A stretch of 64,000 nt of DNA from Candidatus Micrarchaeota archaeon. Its GTDB lineage: Archaea > Micrarchaeota > Micrarchaeia > CABMEP01. The stretch is taken from positions 14,473-78,472 of the forward strand of contig CAYHPR010000003.1 in assembly GCA_964358895.1 (NCBI GenBank). Reading direction: 5' to 3'. Numbering within the stretch: the stretch's first letter is position 1; each line of letters opens with the position of its first letter. Positions 9,801-19,082 of this stretch are shown one piece after another. The position numbers and the translations under genes were made by a program. Under the pieces are notes generated by a model that worked only from the letters and a program-made list of their open reading frames with translations, was not told the DNA's origin and did no database searches.

Positions 9801-10926
9801 ACAGAATGCTACAAATATTAATCACGGAAATGCAGAGCTTGAAGCATATCAGTTATCAGTTCACGAATTATTCACAAAACTTTATCCAAAAGCAAAGGTG
9901 TCTGGTGAAATTAAGAACGTACTTGATCAGTATGCAAGAGATGGGCTTCTCACTGACAAAGTGGTTAACGCGCTCAAAGATGCAAATCTGATCGCAATAC
10001 CAAACGGATCAACAACAGAAAGGACGGTTAAGCAGGACGTAAGTTTCAATATTCAATCATTCCTGCTTCGATTTACAAAAGTTAAAGGAGTTGTATTAGG
10101 TGCAGGTGGAGGATTCGGTGATGTTAAATTTGACTATGAAATAACTGCACCAGTTCCAAGAATGAAACAAGAGTATTCTTCACTATTGAAGAGAGACGTG
10201 TTCCTGCCAGAAACAGACAACGAAGGAAGGCCAATACTGGACAAAAAGACATTCAATTTTTCAACTTCTGAAAAGATTAAAGGGCCAATAATCCAGATTG
10301 AGGGCAAACGTACAGCTGCTAGAATGGAATGGTTATTTTCGGAATCTGTTGATGTAAAGAATCTTATCAAGTCCGGTCCAGCTGTTGCAGATGTTCCGAT
10401 CGATCTTTTCAAAAAGAAATACAACAGTATTCTCGATCTTGCACAATTGATAACTCTCCCGTTGGTTCCAACAATTAATTCAGTCAAAGTAACTGGCCAG
10501 CTCGGAGAAATGAGTTCATTAAGACTTGCTTGGGATGTTGCACACGTTCCTATGTCCGAACTTCCATTCTACGGACAAAAAATAGGCGAACAGGTATTGG
10601 ATCGATTCCCAAACTGGCTTAGAAGAATGATTCCAGAAGTTAAGGAGATTCCTTTTGGTGCAACAATCGGATTTGTTGCTGAGAAACAAAAGGCAGGAAG
10701 TATTGAGGTTGATTTTGAAAAATATGCGAATGCAAAGATCCAGTTTGGTCCAGAAGCTATCCGATTCTGGTGGATGACGACAGTCGGAAGAAAGGATCAA
10801 GAGATTAGGCAATATGGAATGTCTGTCGACCTTCAGCAAGCATTCCAAAAGAAATGGCTTCCACTCAGAGCATTTGCGTCTAAGGGACAAGACAATACGC
10901 ATATTGGTGTTGAACTAACTTGGTAA
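6856..10926 (+). CDS. giant orphan protein (about 1300 aa), no signal peptide, no P-loop
   Basis: Uninterrupted 4-kb ORF co-directional with and tightly spaced after paralogs A and B. No TM segment, no Walker A motif and no recognisable enzymatic motif. Ends in IGVELTW. The true start may be an internal Met, since the first 60 aa are odd. Confidence 0.6.
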   Translation: MYTTSFRSIKAIKKFILHPVRKFITYPLVSTFLMYNTVLGTDLSQENDKYLKRTIDATIMGSEKDMGGVVAQKKEEVKPITSAPTVVGIIEKEIYSYHQANEEINGFKRQGLETLNQFDSLFNRSKKFNKEKSSQFIDADGKPQLRKALDWLNKNIAKFEDAPRTDAYFLQRSLEILGKFEASEEKVLDLLKKVDKSFQEIGMVEEVRTAIIEHYLPIFYQAGNIIASQADKRSYDVAEGNADNLTKSIDRWHTFISKSEFTKEDVESFVNEQDNLEKENKKNHNLEIDLTNPKNDISGFTDYSKFKRVPFDPGLNYIGKYYSALFSIQFEKPEKLRNINWYYLSQTDFGYATNVTFQLMDQVYQEGLQSVTIVKKALEDSVGKKVKKEEFRSNAFLPERFGTISDYYKTQHRDLKNFVGQSFDEWVDMYNPPYPLLVKLRLRLGELYTKSIYHAVRNEKSEFDRNKKSSEQLVAVFEETLKSSKKYTIEQLKKLNGVMLTARSASGSELRDILHDQYGLGNFYDWLVLNKIDVAKLLLTIPIIEPGSKEEVYLRHPLYGKLMDVFVTSVFYPLSKEQKPNMPYLSKEGERYPLFGNVPFREFIVGSDKKITEKTKVSEVDKIIEEKNKTLIPLPRDIILNARQSKEDISFSPGDSSVNTKVAIQPYTFDLVSHKYSKTDKVHDEEAISFTPGVRTTIFGVPVNLTMSDEWGADIPAYLLRNPFEKDFRNQRWDASYEQVKFTKDDQTIEITYSDISSFDQFVLQNKGWNKEGNIYSKGKYKLTIGENDFVLSDTKQEVSIKIPKDFSEYARPEDKDKKRIRYGTEGVKVDMPRYYATFKSNKAPVSAEIPLTSAHGDVRFIKSWFWLNRSIVSVPGDGLKAGQDFHVKSIVSREPTQRTFSLGVRTGGYSAYQTKSEIETNLPPSLSIQPPVSVSRTINQQLSFVNTAFIPNPIVLKNLGIKAGDILSAADSLKNYVDVMQQNATNINHGNAELEAYQLSVHELFTKLYPKAKVSGEIKNVLDQYARDGLLTDKVVNALKDANLIAIPNGSTTERTVKQDVSFNIQSFLLRFTKVKGVVLGAGGGFGDVKFDYEITAPVPRMKQEYSSLLKRDVFLPETDNEGRPILDKKTFNFSTSEKIKGPIIQIEGKRTAARMEWLFSESVDVKNLIKSGPAVADVPIDLFKKKYNSILDLAQLITLPLVPTINSVKVTGQLGEMSSLRLAWDVAHVPMSELPFYGQKIGEQVLDRFPNWLRRMIPEVKEIPFGATIGFVAEKQKAGSIEVDFEKYANAKIQFGPEAIRFWWMTTVGRKDQEIRQYGMSVDLQQAFQKKWLPLRAFASKGQDNTHIGVELTW

Positions 10927-10982
10927 CCTGCGAAGAGCAGACATTAAAAAGATAAGTTACTTGATCTATAGATCCTGATTGT

Positions 10983-12755
10983 ATGTCGAAAAGTATCAAA
11001 GCTATAACGTGTATAAACACGAGATTATCCCAACGTTTTTCCTATCTATCAGTCTTCATTCTATTTCTAACATTTTTTTCGTTTTCAGGAACAGTTTCTG
11101 CACAATCCCGTACTCAAGTATACGTCGCACATTACGGCGATGTAGAGTATTACGGTATTTCACTTGGAAACAACTTCGCAGTTTCGCAAAATGCTAGTGT
11201 CGGAGGAACTGCAGTTACAAATGGATCAAATGTTTGTACAGGTTCTTCGTTGGACGTCACAGTGCTTAATGCCTCTACAACCACTGAACTGTCAAATTCA
11301 AAAGTATCCTGTGCTCTTGACTGTACAAGTCCTGATACCACTTCCGCTTTGACAGCGTTTCCTCTTCCGATATTATGGCAAAGTTCCGGTACATATTCAT
11401 CTAATGTTAATAGTTACTCTCCTCCGAATGCAGGGGATAGCTTTTGTAAGGGTCCGTTCGATACGCCACAGCCTCCAAATCCATTGGCACCCAACACAGA
11501 AAATGTGAATTACGATATAATAGGGATCGATAAAGGAACTGCACGTGCTAATTTAGGACTTTTCTGTTACGGAAGTACACAGACTTCACTTGATGGCTCT
11601 TCAGTTAGTTCACCAGTTGGTCTTAACACTAATGGATCAAAAACCTTGTTAAGTTCTATGATTGTCAACGAATGCTCCATGTTAGTTCGATCTTATGAGA
11701 ATCCAGGGTTCCAAGGCAAACCCTGGACTGCTGATTGTTTATATTCACCAGTTGGAGGATTTTTTCCTTTAACTACAGCGTCTACAACCACATTCAACGT
11801 TGTCAGAGGAGTTAATCTCACCGGCCCTTTTGGCAGTTACACTGCAAATCCAAGCAGCACAATGATCATCACTTTGCCAGTTACAAATACAGGCGATTTA
11901 GGTGCATCCGTTACAGGTATTTCACTTTCAGCAGGGTTCACAGTCAATAGTATTGTACCCGCACTTCCTGTAACCGTGGCTGCTGGTACTTCTACATCCT
12001 TCACAATTAATGCATCAACGCCCGCAGTAGCAGGAAATTACACTCCAAATGCCACAGTAACCTTCACTCCAACACCAGCAGCGATTGGTGCGTGTGGTGT
12101 GGCAGGTTCAACTGCAAGCGTATCGATCGGCAACATAGTAGTTGCGCCGGGTGTTGTGCCAGGCGGTGGCCCGAGTGGCGGTGGCCCTGGTTGCGTATCA
12201 GGTATCACTACTCCGCTCAGCATAACGATGCGAGCAACTCCAGCCTCTCTCCTTAATACACTACTTCTTTCTTCTCCACCAAATGTCAACAATGTTACAC
12301 TTGTTGCAGAAATAAGCAGGCCAAACAGCGGTTGCATCGGAAACGACATAAAAGCAAATATAACGGTTTACAGTTACAACGCATCCGGTCAACGCAATAT
12401 AGTGAGGTATAAATCTACAGATTTTTCATGCATTGATGCAGGCGTGTCTAGGAAGAATGCGAAAACATGTTATCCAGCATCCTCAGTTGATGGCAGCAAC
12501 TGTATTTATTCAATGTCACCGTCAAATAGTCCTGGTGTCAGTTCAGCATTTAATTTCACAGTCATACAGCCATTCCTTTATTCAGCAACACAATCTTCAG
12601 TTTGTCCGGCAGATCAATACGGAATATTCAACTCTCCTTTTTCCGATTCTATCTATGAGGCTGAGATTAGCATATCTGATCCAATCGCCTCTTCCACTCA
12701 GACACGTTCAACTTTCTTCGGAATCTACGGATTAACATGCCAAGAAAGAGCATAA
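10983..12755 (+). CDS. secreted Cys-rich, sequon-rich surface glycoprotein candidate
   Basis: N-terminal signal peptide (FSYLSVFILFLTFFSFSGTVSAQS). More than 25 N-x-S/T sequons, S/T/G/N/P-rich, and a GGGPSGGGPG linker. Locally GC-rich, about 60% in the 12.1-12.2 kb stretch. Confidence 0.6.
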   Translation: MSKSIKAITCINTRLSQRFSYLSVFILFLTFFSFSGTVSAQSRTQVYVAHYGDVEYYGISLGNNFAVSQNASVGGTAVTNGSNVCTGSSLDVTVLNASTTTELSNSKVSCALDCTSPDTTSALTAFPLPILWQSSGTYSSNVNSYSPPNAGDSFCKGPFDTPQPPNPLAPNTENVNYDIIGIDKGTARANLGLFCYGSTQTSLDGSSVSSPVGLNTNGSKTLLSSMIVNECSMLVRSYENPGFQGKPWTADCLYSPVGGFFPLTTASTTTFNVVRGVNLTGPFGSYTANPSSTMIITLPVTNTGDLGASVTGISLSAGFTVNSIVPALPVTVAAGTSTSFTINASTPAVAGNYTPNATVTFTPTPAAIGACGVAGSTASVSIGNIVVAPGVVPGGGPSGGGPGCVSGITTPLSITMRATPASLLNTLLLSSPPNVNNVTLVAEISRPNSGCIGNDIKANITVYSYNASGQRNIVRYKSTDFSCIDAGVSRKNAKTCYPASSVDGSNCIYSMSPSNSPGVSSAFNFTVIQPFLYSATQSSVCPADQYGIFNSPFSDSIYEAEISISDPIASSTQTRSTFFGIYGLTCQERA

Positions 12756-12848
12756 TCTACTACTTTTATGCGGTGTGAAACCACCGCTCTATTTTAACTA
12801 GAAATAAGTGCAAAACTTGTAAGCAGCACAATCATTAGATCAGATCAA

Positions 12849-13142
12849 GTGGGAACAGATATACTTATAAATAAGTGGGATGATATTATTAATATGACAA
12901 GTGGGGCCGAATATATTTTATTGCCGGTTGACAAAAAAGGCAGGATACATCTTCCAAAAAAGCTACGTGAAGACTTAGGCATTAGTGAGCACGTTGTTGC
13001 TGAAAAAGAATCAGATATGTTAATTCTTAAACCTACAAAGAAGATTTCAGATCCTCTAACATTTCTTACATCTTTTCAGATAAAAACAAAAAAGACTCCT
13101 GTCGAAATGAAGCGAGAGGCTGAGGAAGGATTTGGGAGATAA
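12849..13142 (+). CDS. AbrB/SpoVT/MazE-family antitoxin (VapB-like)
   Basis: Swapped-hairpin motif ILLPVDKKGRIHLPKKLREDLGISEH. Overlaps the downstream PIN gene by 11 nt. Confidence 0.55.
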   Translation: MGTDILINKWDDIINMTSGAEYILLPVDKKGRIHLPKKLREDLGISEHVVAEKESDMLILKPTKKISDPLTFLTSFQIKTKKTPVEMKREAEEGFGR

Positions 13143-13536
13143 GATGCGTTACTATCTTGATGCCGACATATTACTTGCTTTACTAAAGCAAAATGACCAT
13201 TTAAAGCAAAAAGCTAACAGATGGATTGCAGACAATAAAGACAAAAATGAACTAATAACTTCATCATTATCCTGTTTAGAAGTGTTATTCTATCTCTATA
13301 AAAACGGTCTGTCCGAAAATGCATTGGACATCATAAGGGCCATATCCATATTGTGCAAGGTTACTTATTTCAATTTTCAACATATAGAACAATCCATCAT
13401 TCTTTCTGAACATCACTCTCTTAGTCCAGCAGATTCTATACATGCAGTTCTGGCTATGAACTATGATGCAATTATTAGTAGTGATAAGTCATTTGATAAA
13501 GTTCATAATCTAACTCGGATCGATTTCACAGCTTAA
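13132..13536 (+). CDS. vapC: PIN-domain nuclease (VapC-like toxin)
   Basis: N-terminal YLDADILL with an acidic residue, a later SSLSCLEV, and a C-terminal DAIISSDKSFD. Acidic-residue spacing is typical of PIN domains. Translationally coupled to the upstream AbrB-like gene. Confidence 0.6.
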   Translation: MGDKMRYYLDADILLALLKQNDHLKQKANRWIADNKDKNELITSSLSCLEVLFYLYKNGLSENALDIIRAISILCKVTYFNFQHIEQSIILSEHHSLSPADSIHAVLAMNYDAIISSDKSFDKVHNLTRIDFTA

Positions 13537-13579
13537 GGATAAATTTAAAAGACCTCTATGAATATCTAGAGTAGATAGT

Positions 13580-14308
13580 ATGTTTGAAACATTCGGACAC
13601 TCATTGCAGGTTTATTTCAAGTACCTAACTATGATTCTTTTCTTTTCCATTCCTTTCGTTATTGCTCTCTTGCTTCCATATCTGTCGCCAGCACCAGTTT
13701 TCAGCGCGCTAGGAGGATACTTCTTAAGATCTGGAAGCCTTCCAGAGCTCCAATTAGCTGACTCTTTGATTATTATCGTTATTTCCCTTCTCTCCCTAGC
13801 CTTCCTTTCACTAGCACTCGTGGCAATCAATCTAGTAGTCAAGTCCAGCAGAACAAGAACAAAAGTAAGCGCAGAAGCCTTGAAAAGTTTAGGTAAATAC
13901 ACGGCAGTTGTACTTGCTATTTTTGTGGCTGTTAAGGTCGTTGAGACGCTGATCCTTCTTTATGTAATAGGTTCAGGTGTTTCAGAATTGCCAGTTTTCA
14001 TTTTCTCTTTCCTTTCCACATTAGGCCTTTTCTATGTGGCACCGGCAGTCGTTCTTGAGGAAAAGAAGCCGGCGCCTGCCTTTATCGCAAGTTACAAAAA
14101 TATCCTTATCAAGCCACTTCATTTCATCCTCTGGCTAGTAGTCGCATTCCTTCTGGTATATGTTGTTTCTTCAATCTCATTTGCACTTTTCACAGAAACA
14201 GCCCTTAGGCAAGGATTCATTGTTTTAGTCAATTCCTTATTCGTCCTGCCATTTCTAGTAATCCTTCAGGCACAGATGTATATCGCGAAGTATACGCTGA
14301 TAAAATAA
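13580..14308 (+). CDS. hypothetical polytopic membrane protein
   Basis: Six or more hydrophobic helices. No recognisable motif. Confidence 0.4.
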   Translation: MFETFGHSLQVYFKYLTMILFFSIPFVIALLLPYLSPAPVFSALGGYFLRSGSLPELQLADSLIIIVISLLSLAFLSLALVAINLVVKSSRTRTKVSAEALKSLGKYTAVVLAIFVAVKVVETLILLYVIGSGVSELPVFIFSFLSTLGLFYVAPAVVLEEKKPAPAFIASYKNILIKPLHFILWLVVAFLLVYVVSSISFALFTETALRQGFIVLVNSLFVLPFLVILQAQMYIAKYTLIK

Positions 14309-14338
14309 CTTAACCGAAATGACTAGTCTTAGTTTCAT

Positions 14339-15844
14339 TTATTTGGAGTCTATTTGTGTATGAAAAGTTACTTCACCTGTTTTATACTTCTGTTCTAACC
14401 AACTATATACTGTTTGCAAGTAAAATAATTTAGGACCTTTAGTAATCATCAACGGAAAATAATGTTCTATCAAAGGAACGCCTAGGGGCTCTTTCCATTC
14501 TCTCAATTCCTGGTAATACTGTTCAGTTTTATAAATTGAGTTATAAATTGGCCAAGGCGTAAATTGGTGTGATGAAAACATTACGGCTGTTGACAAAAGG
14601 AGAGTAATTACTATCAATTGTGTGTTTTGTTTATTTAATATTACGGACAACGGTAATGCTAGAAAAGGAAGCGTAGGGATAAGGTATCTCAAGCCAAAAT
14701 AATCTCCATGCCAATGATCTATGCCGCCAATAACTATTAAGAATGTAACAAATATCCCTAGGATAATAAATGTTAAGTTAGGGTCAATTTTATAAAAATA
14801 AAAAAAGCCAAATAATGCAAAAATAAGGATCGGCGAATAAATAAAAAGACCCTTATATGGGAAAATTAACATCCTGGTCATAATATTAAATAAATCTGGA
14901 CTTGTATATCTTCGATCAAAGATATGTGCGCTTTTTTCTATGATCTGGCCAATTATTTGAACCGGAGGGTTATAATCAATACTATTTTTTTCTTCGCAAA
15001 CATAGCTATAGCAATGGTAAGAGTAAGAAAGTGCTAATGGATTATCAAACGTATCAAAGTTGTAAATTAACAAGGGTAACACGCCTACGAAAATTCCGAT
15101 CAAGAAAAAAGACCAACTATTTTTGAATTTCAAGATTATATATCCAATCAAAAAGAAAGCAACAATCAGCTGCAAGTAATCAACAAAAATTGAAAACCCA
15201 ATTAATCCTCCAGTAAAAAGTTGCAGACTTATCTTTCTTTTAATCTCTTCAAATCTTGTATAAATTAAATAAAAGGCAAAAAACGAAAAGAAAACACCAA
15301 CATTATGAACTAATCCTGTCGAAGCATAATAAAAGAAAGAAGTGCCAGCTCCTATACTTATTGCTGTCAGCACAGCTGCAGATTGTGAATTGGTTATTTT
15401 TTTTGCTATTCTAAAAATTAAAATTAAGGTTAATGCACTTAATGGTGCTACTATCAGTGCTACCACAAAGCTATGTAGTATGAATTTTTTAAGATATTTA
15501 TAATAATCAGGTTGCTCTGTTTTTATTTTTTCAAATGAATTTTTGTCAAACCATGGAAGAATTTGATCAGATTGGATTATGGCGTATAACGGTACGGCCA
15601 TAAACGAAAGTCCAGGTGCTTTATCAGAGTAATAATTTCCGTTGTAGTAGGATTTATCAACTGCATTCCAAATAAACGAATTGATAACAAATGTATTTTT
15701 TTCTACGACTCCTTGAGTTAAAGCGTAGATAGTTTGTTCTTCTACCAGACTGGTTGTAAAAATTACGTAAACTAACCAAAAAGAAAGAGATATCAGAAAT
15801 TCTAGTTTTTTATCGGGAAAATTTAATCGACGCATGACTATCAA
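14339..15844 (-). CDS. GT-C fold glycosyltransferase (PMT/ArnT-like, GT39/GT83-type)
   Basis: About 12 TM helices. First-loop motif YSDKAPGLSFMAVPLY resembles the DKPPL motif of ArnT/PMT enzymes. Confidence 0.55.
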   Translation of the reverse strand: MIVMRRLNFPDKKLEFLISLSFWLVYVIFTTSLVEEQTIYALTQGVVEKNTFVINSFIWNAVDKSYYNGNYYSDKAPGLSFMAVPLYAIIQSDQILPWFDKNSFEKIKTEQPDYYKYLKKFILHSFVVALIVAPLSALTLILIFRIAKKITNSQSAAVLTAISIGAGTSFFYYASTGLVHNVGVFFSFFAFYLIYTRFEEIKRKISLQLFTGGLIGFSIFVDYLQLIVAFFLIGYIILKFKNSWSFFLIGIFVGVLPLLIYNFDTFDNPLALSYSYHCYSYVCEEKNSIDYNPPVQIIGQIIEKSAHIFDRRYTSPDLFNIMTRMLIFPYKGLFIYSPILIFALFGFFYFYKIDPNLTFIILGIFVTFLIVIGGIDHWHGDYFGLRYLIPTLPFLALPLSVILNKQNTQLIVITLLLSTAVMFSSHQFTPWPIYNSIYKTEQYYQELREWKEPLGVPLIEHYFPLMITKGPKLFYLQTVYSWLEQKYKTGEVTFHTQIDSK

Positions 15845-16055
15845 ATTATTGATAATATCCTTGTATAAACGTATCTAACATGCTCTCAAATACGGTCGGC
15901 AAATCTATCCTATCTGTCACCTTCCTCCTTAATCTAATTGTATAAGTGCAGTATACGCTAGTTATATGCTGATATAATACTCAGGTACATTATAATGTTT
16001 ACGCAGTCTACTTTAGATATCTATTAATAAGTTATATTCTTCTTAATAATCTCAT

Positions 16056-17735
16056 ATGCGTTTTATTTTTTTTAAACATCTAAGTAAGATTAATATGACT
16101 ATACTGCTAAGTCTTTTTTTATTTATTTTTTTGATACTAGGCTTGATTGAGATAAACAGCCTATCTTTTACAGTTGATGAACCTGCACATATAATTTCAG
16201 GGTTTTTATATAATACTGAAAAAGATTTTAGTTTTGAAAAAACACACCCTCCTTTAATAAAATTAATGGCTACAGCTATTCCTGCCGTTTTATTAGATCT
16301 AAAACGATCAGATACTGGAGAATATAGCATATCCAGATTTTTCTTTTATAACGAAGAAAACTTCGAAGAGTTAGTTTTTTTTTCTAGAGCATTTATTTTG
16401 TTATTGTCTATCTCTCTTATTATTTTTATTTATAAATTTTCCTCAGAACTTTCTAATTCTAAAATTGGGCTTTTTGCAGTATTTTTATATATCTTCGAAC
16501 CGACCATAATGGCTAATTCAACTTTAGTTACTACTGATTTCGGAGTAGTTATTTTTGTTTTTTTATCTATTTATTTTTTATATTACTTCAAAAAAAACTT
16601 ACATAAATGTGTCTCCTGGAAATTTTTATTCGCGTCATTTTTTTCGGTCGGACTTGCTATTACATCGAAATTTTCTGGGTTGCTGGTTATGCCTATCTGG
16701 TTAGTATTATTTTTTTATAAAAACAATTTAAGTCTATATAAAAAATTTTTTATTATTTTCATTTTTTTATTTACAATTCTACTCACTATTAATTTTTTAT
16801 ATTCTTTTGATCGAGATTATAAATTTGCATATGACTGTAATGAAAATAAAAGCAATTGCCTTATAATATTTAATACTCCTGTTTTTGTTCCATTACCTGA
16901 AAAATTTGTAGAAGGTTTAAATTTAGTCAGAATCCATGCTCAAACTGGACATCCAGCATATCTATTTGGTGAGTATTCAGAAAAAGGTTGGTGGTATTAC
17001 TATCCGATTGCCTTTTTTATAAAAACACCAATTCCATTATTATTATTTATATTTTTTGGAGTTTTATTTATACTTAGAAGAAAGCGTCCCGTCTTTTTAT
17101 TTTTAGTTGTACCCATACTTTTATTTCTATTCTTTTTTATGTTTTTTAATAAAATTAATATTGGAATTAGACACATATTACCCATATACCCTTTTCTAGT
17201 TATTCTAGCAAGTCATTCATTCTATCTTATTAAAAATAAATATATTTTTTTCTTACTTTTAATCTGGTATTTTCTTGCTTTTATTTCTGTTTTTCCATTT
17301 AATTTAACTTATTTTAATGAATTAATAGGTGGGCCTATTAATGGGCCGAAAGCTTTACTTGATTCAAATATAGACTGGGGGCAGGACCTTAAATTCACAA
17401 GAGATTACATAAATAATAATCAAATAAAAGAGTTCTATTACGGACGAGCTATTGAAGAAAATAGTATCTACCCTTTTTTACTATATATTGATTCTAATAA
17501 AATAATCAATAAGCCATTCTGTTATCAAAAGAAGATTGGAACCTATATAGTTAATGTTAACACACTATATGCGTTGTATGGTGTAGGTCCTGATGCAAAC
17601 TATTCTCACCAGACTAAAATTCCCCCCGATTTAACTATCTATCGTCCACCTGAAGACTGTTATATCTGGCTTCGCAATGAGACTCCAATTCATATTATAG
17701 GGAATTCGGTCTATGTATATAATTTAACCGAATAA
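16056..17735 (+). CDS. GT-C fold glycosyltransferase (PMT/ArnT-like)
   Basis: Motifs FTVDEPAHIISGF and KTHPPLIKLM match the DE...HPPL signature of GT39/ArnT. Many TM helices. An alternative start is the ATG at 16095. Confidence 0.6.
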   Translation: MRFIFFKHLSKINMTILLSLFLFIFLILGLIEINSLSFTVDEPAHIISGFLYNTEKDFSFEKTHPPLIKLMATAIPAVLLDLKRSDTGEYSISRFFFYNEENFEELVFFSRAFILLLSISLIIFIYKFSSELSNSKIGLFAVFLYIFEPTIMANSTLVTTDFGVVIFVFLSIYFLYYFKKNLHKCVSWKFLFASFFSVGLAITSKFSGLLVMPIWLVLFFYKNNLSLYKKFFIIFIFLFTILLTINFLYSFDRDYKFAYDCNENKSNCLIIFNTPVFVPLPEKFVEGLNLVRIHAQTGHPAYLFGEYSEKGWWYYYPIAFFIKTPIPLLLFIFFGVLFILRRKRPVFLFLVVPILLFLFFFMFFNKINIGIRHILPIYPFLVILASHSFYLIKNKYIFFLLLIWYFLAFISVFPFNLTYFNELIGGPINGPKALLDSNIDWGQDLKFTRDYINNNQIKEFYYGRAIEENSIYPFLLYIDSNKIINKPFCYQKKIGTYIVNVNTLYALYGVGPDANYSHQTKIPPDLTIYRPPEDCYIWLRNETPIHIIGNSVYVYNLTE

Positions 17736-18818
17736 TCAATATTTTATGATTTGTTCATAAAATATTTGTTGGTTTAAGGCTATTTTATCCCAGGTAAGTT
17801 GTCTTGCAAAAGTTCTAGCAGAATCTCCGAGTTTTTTTCTTAATTTTTTATTTTCGGACAGTAGTAATATTTTTTTTGCAAGATTATTTGAATTTAAATT
17901 TTTTAATATAATGCTTCTTTCAGATGATGCATTTGTTATTGCAGAGCTTGCAATAATCGGTTTACCGCATGCAAAACTTTCAAGTGATACTATCGGATCT
18001 CCTTCAAACCTAGACGGACAACATAAAAACATTGAATTTGAAATAAATGACAACTTTTTGTCACCATTCATACGGCCTACCATCCTTATTCTTTGTTCTA
18101 GCTTCATCTGTTTAATCATTTTTTCCAACTTATACTTCTGTAAACCGTCCCCTATAATTATAAGATTTAAATCGGTTTTATCTTTTATTTTTGCAAATGC
18201 ATCAATAAGAACATCCAATCCTTTTTGATATATGTCCAATCGTCCAATGTACAATATATAATCTTTTTCACTCCGTTTTAAATTTAAGAGTGTCTTGTCT
18301 ACTCCATTAGGTATTACCTTAATATTGGTTTTTTTACCTTTTCTTACTTGACATATCTTATTTTTAATATCCTCAGATACTACTATATAATTATCGTAAA
18401 ATTTAGGATAAATTTTTTCATAAAATTTTGCAATAATGCCTACGGGGCCATAAGCTAGGGCATGATTTTCATATATGTTGCAAATTGAACACACAGTCGG
18501 AATATCAGTTTTTTTAGGAAAAAATGGTGAGAATGCAGATACATCCTTTACCAATAAATCACAATCATTCGAATAGTTCATACTTTCAAGTGAAAAGGAT
18601 ATCTTATTTAAAATAAAATTAGAAGAAGGCCATCCCAGAAATTTATAACGGATATTCTCTAATTTTTTTTCTTTGGGCGAATAAGGATATCTCCCGCTAT
18701 AAACTGTTATTTCATTATTATTATTTAAACGTCTATAAATCTCATGCGTTCTAGACGCTTGTCCTCCATCAAGCCATGGGTTATTAAAACTATCATAAAT
18801 AAAATGTTTTATTCTCAT
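17736..18818 (-). CDS. GT4 family glycosyltransferase (GT-B)
   Basis: C-terminal RFEGDPIVSLESFACGKPIIAS matches the EX7E motif of retaining GT4 enzymes. Confidence 0.7.
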   Translation of the reverse strand: MRIKHFIYDSFNNPWLDGGQASRTHEIYRRLNNNNEITVYSGRYPYSPKEKKLENIRYKFLGWPSSNFILNKISFSLESMNYSNDCDLLVKDVSAFSPFFPKKTDIPTVCSICNIYENHALAYGPVGIIAKFYEKIYPKFYDNYIVVSEDIKNKICQVRKGKKTNIKVIPNGVDKTLLNLKRSEKDYILYIGRLDIYQKGLDVLIDAFAKIKDKTDLNLIIIGDGLQKYKLEKMIKQMKLEQRIRMVGRMNGDKKLSFISNSMFLCCPSRFEGDPIVSLESFACGKPIIASSAITNASSERSIILKNLNSNNLAKKILLLSENKKLRKKLGDSARTFARQLTWDKIALNQQIFYEQIIKY

Positions 18819-19082
18819 TGAATTATTTATACTTTAATTTATATAAACTTACTTTAATTAATTTGTAATCCCATTATTCAATGTTTCTCAGCGATAAAAA
18901 CGAAATCCGAAGAAAGAACCCATACAGTAAGTTTACCGAAGTGAAAAAGAAGGAAATGAAGCTAAAACTCATTGTTCACAATCTTATACTAAACTACGGA
19001 AAAACTTATTTTTCAGTCGTGAGGAGTTTTAACAGAGCCTACTAAAACAAATATTTAAATAGTAGTTAATCATATTATTCCT

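Noticed and set aside
6856-10926. 1356-aa protein as an S-layer or secreted protein
   Set aside because: It has no N-terminal signal peptide or TM anchor, and no Ser/Thr-rich or sequon-rich character. It is more likely cytoplasmic.
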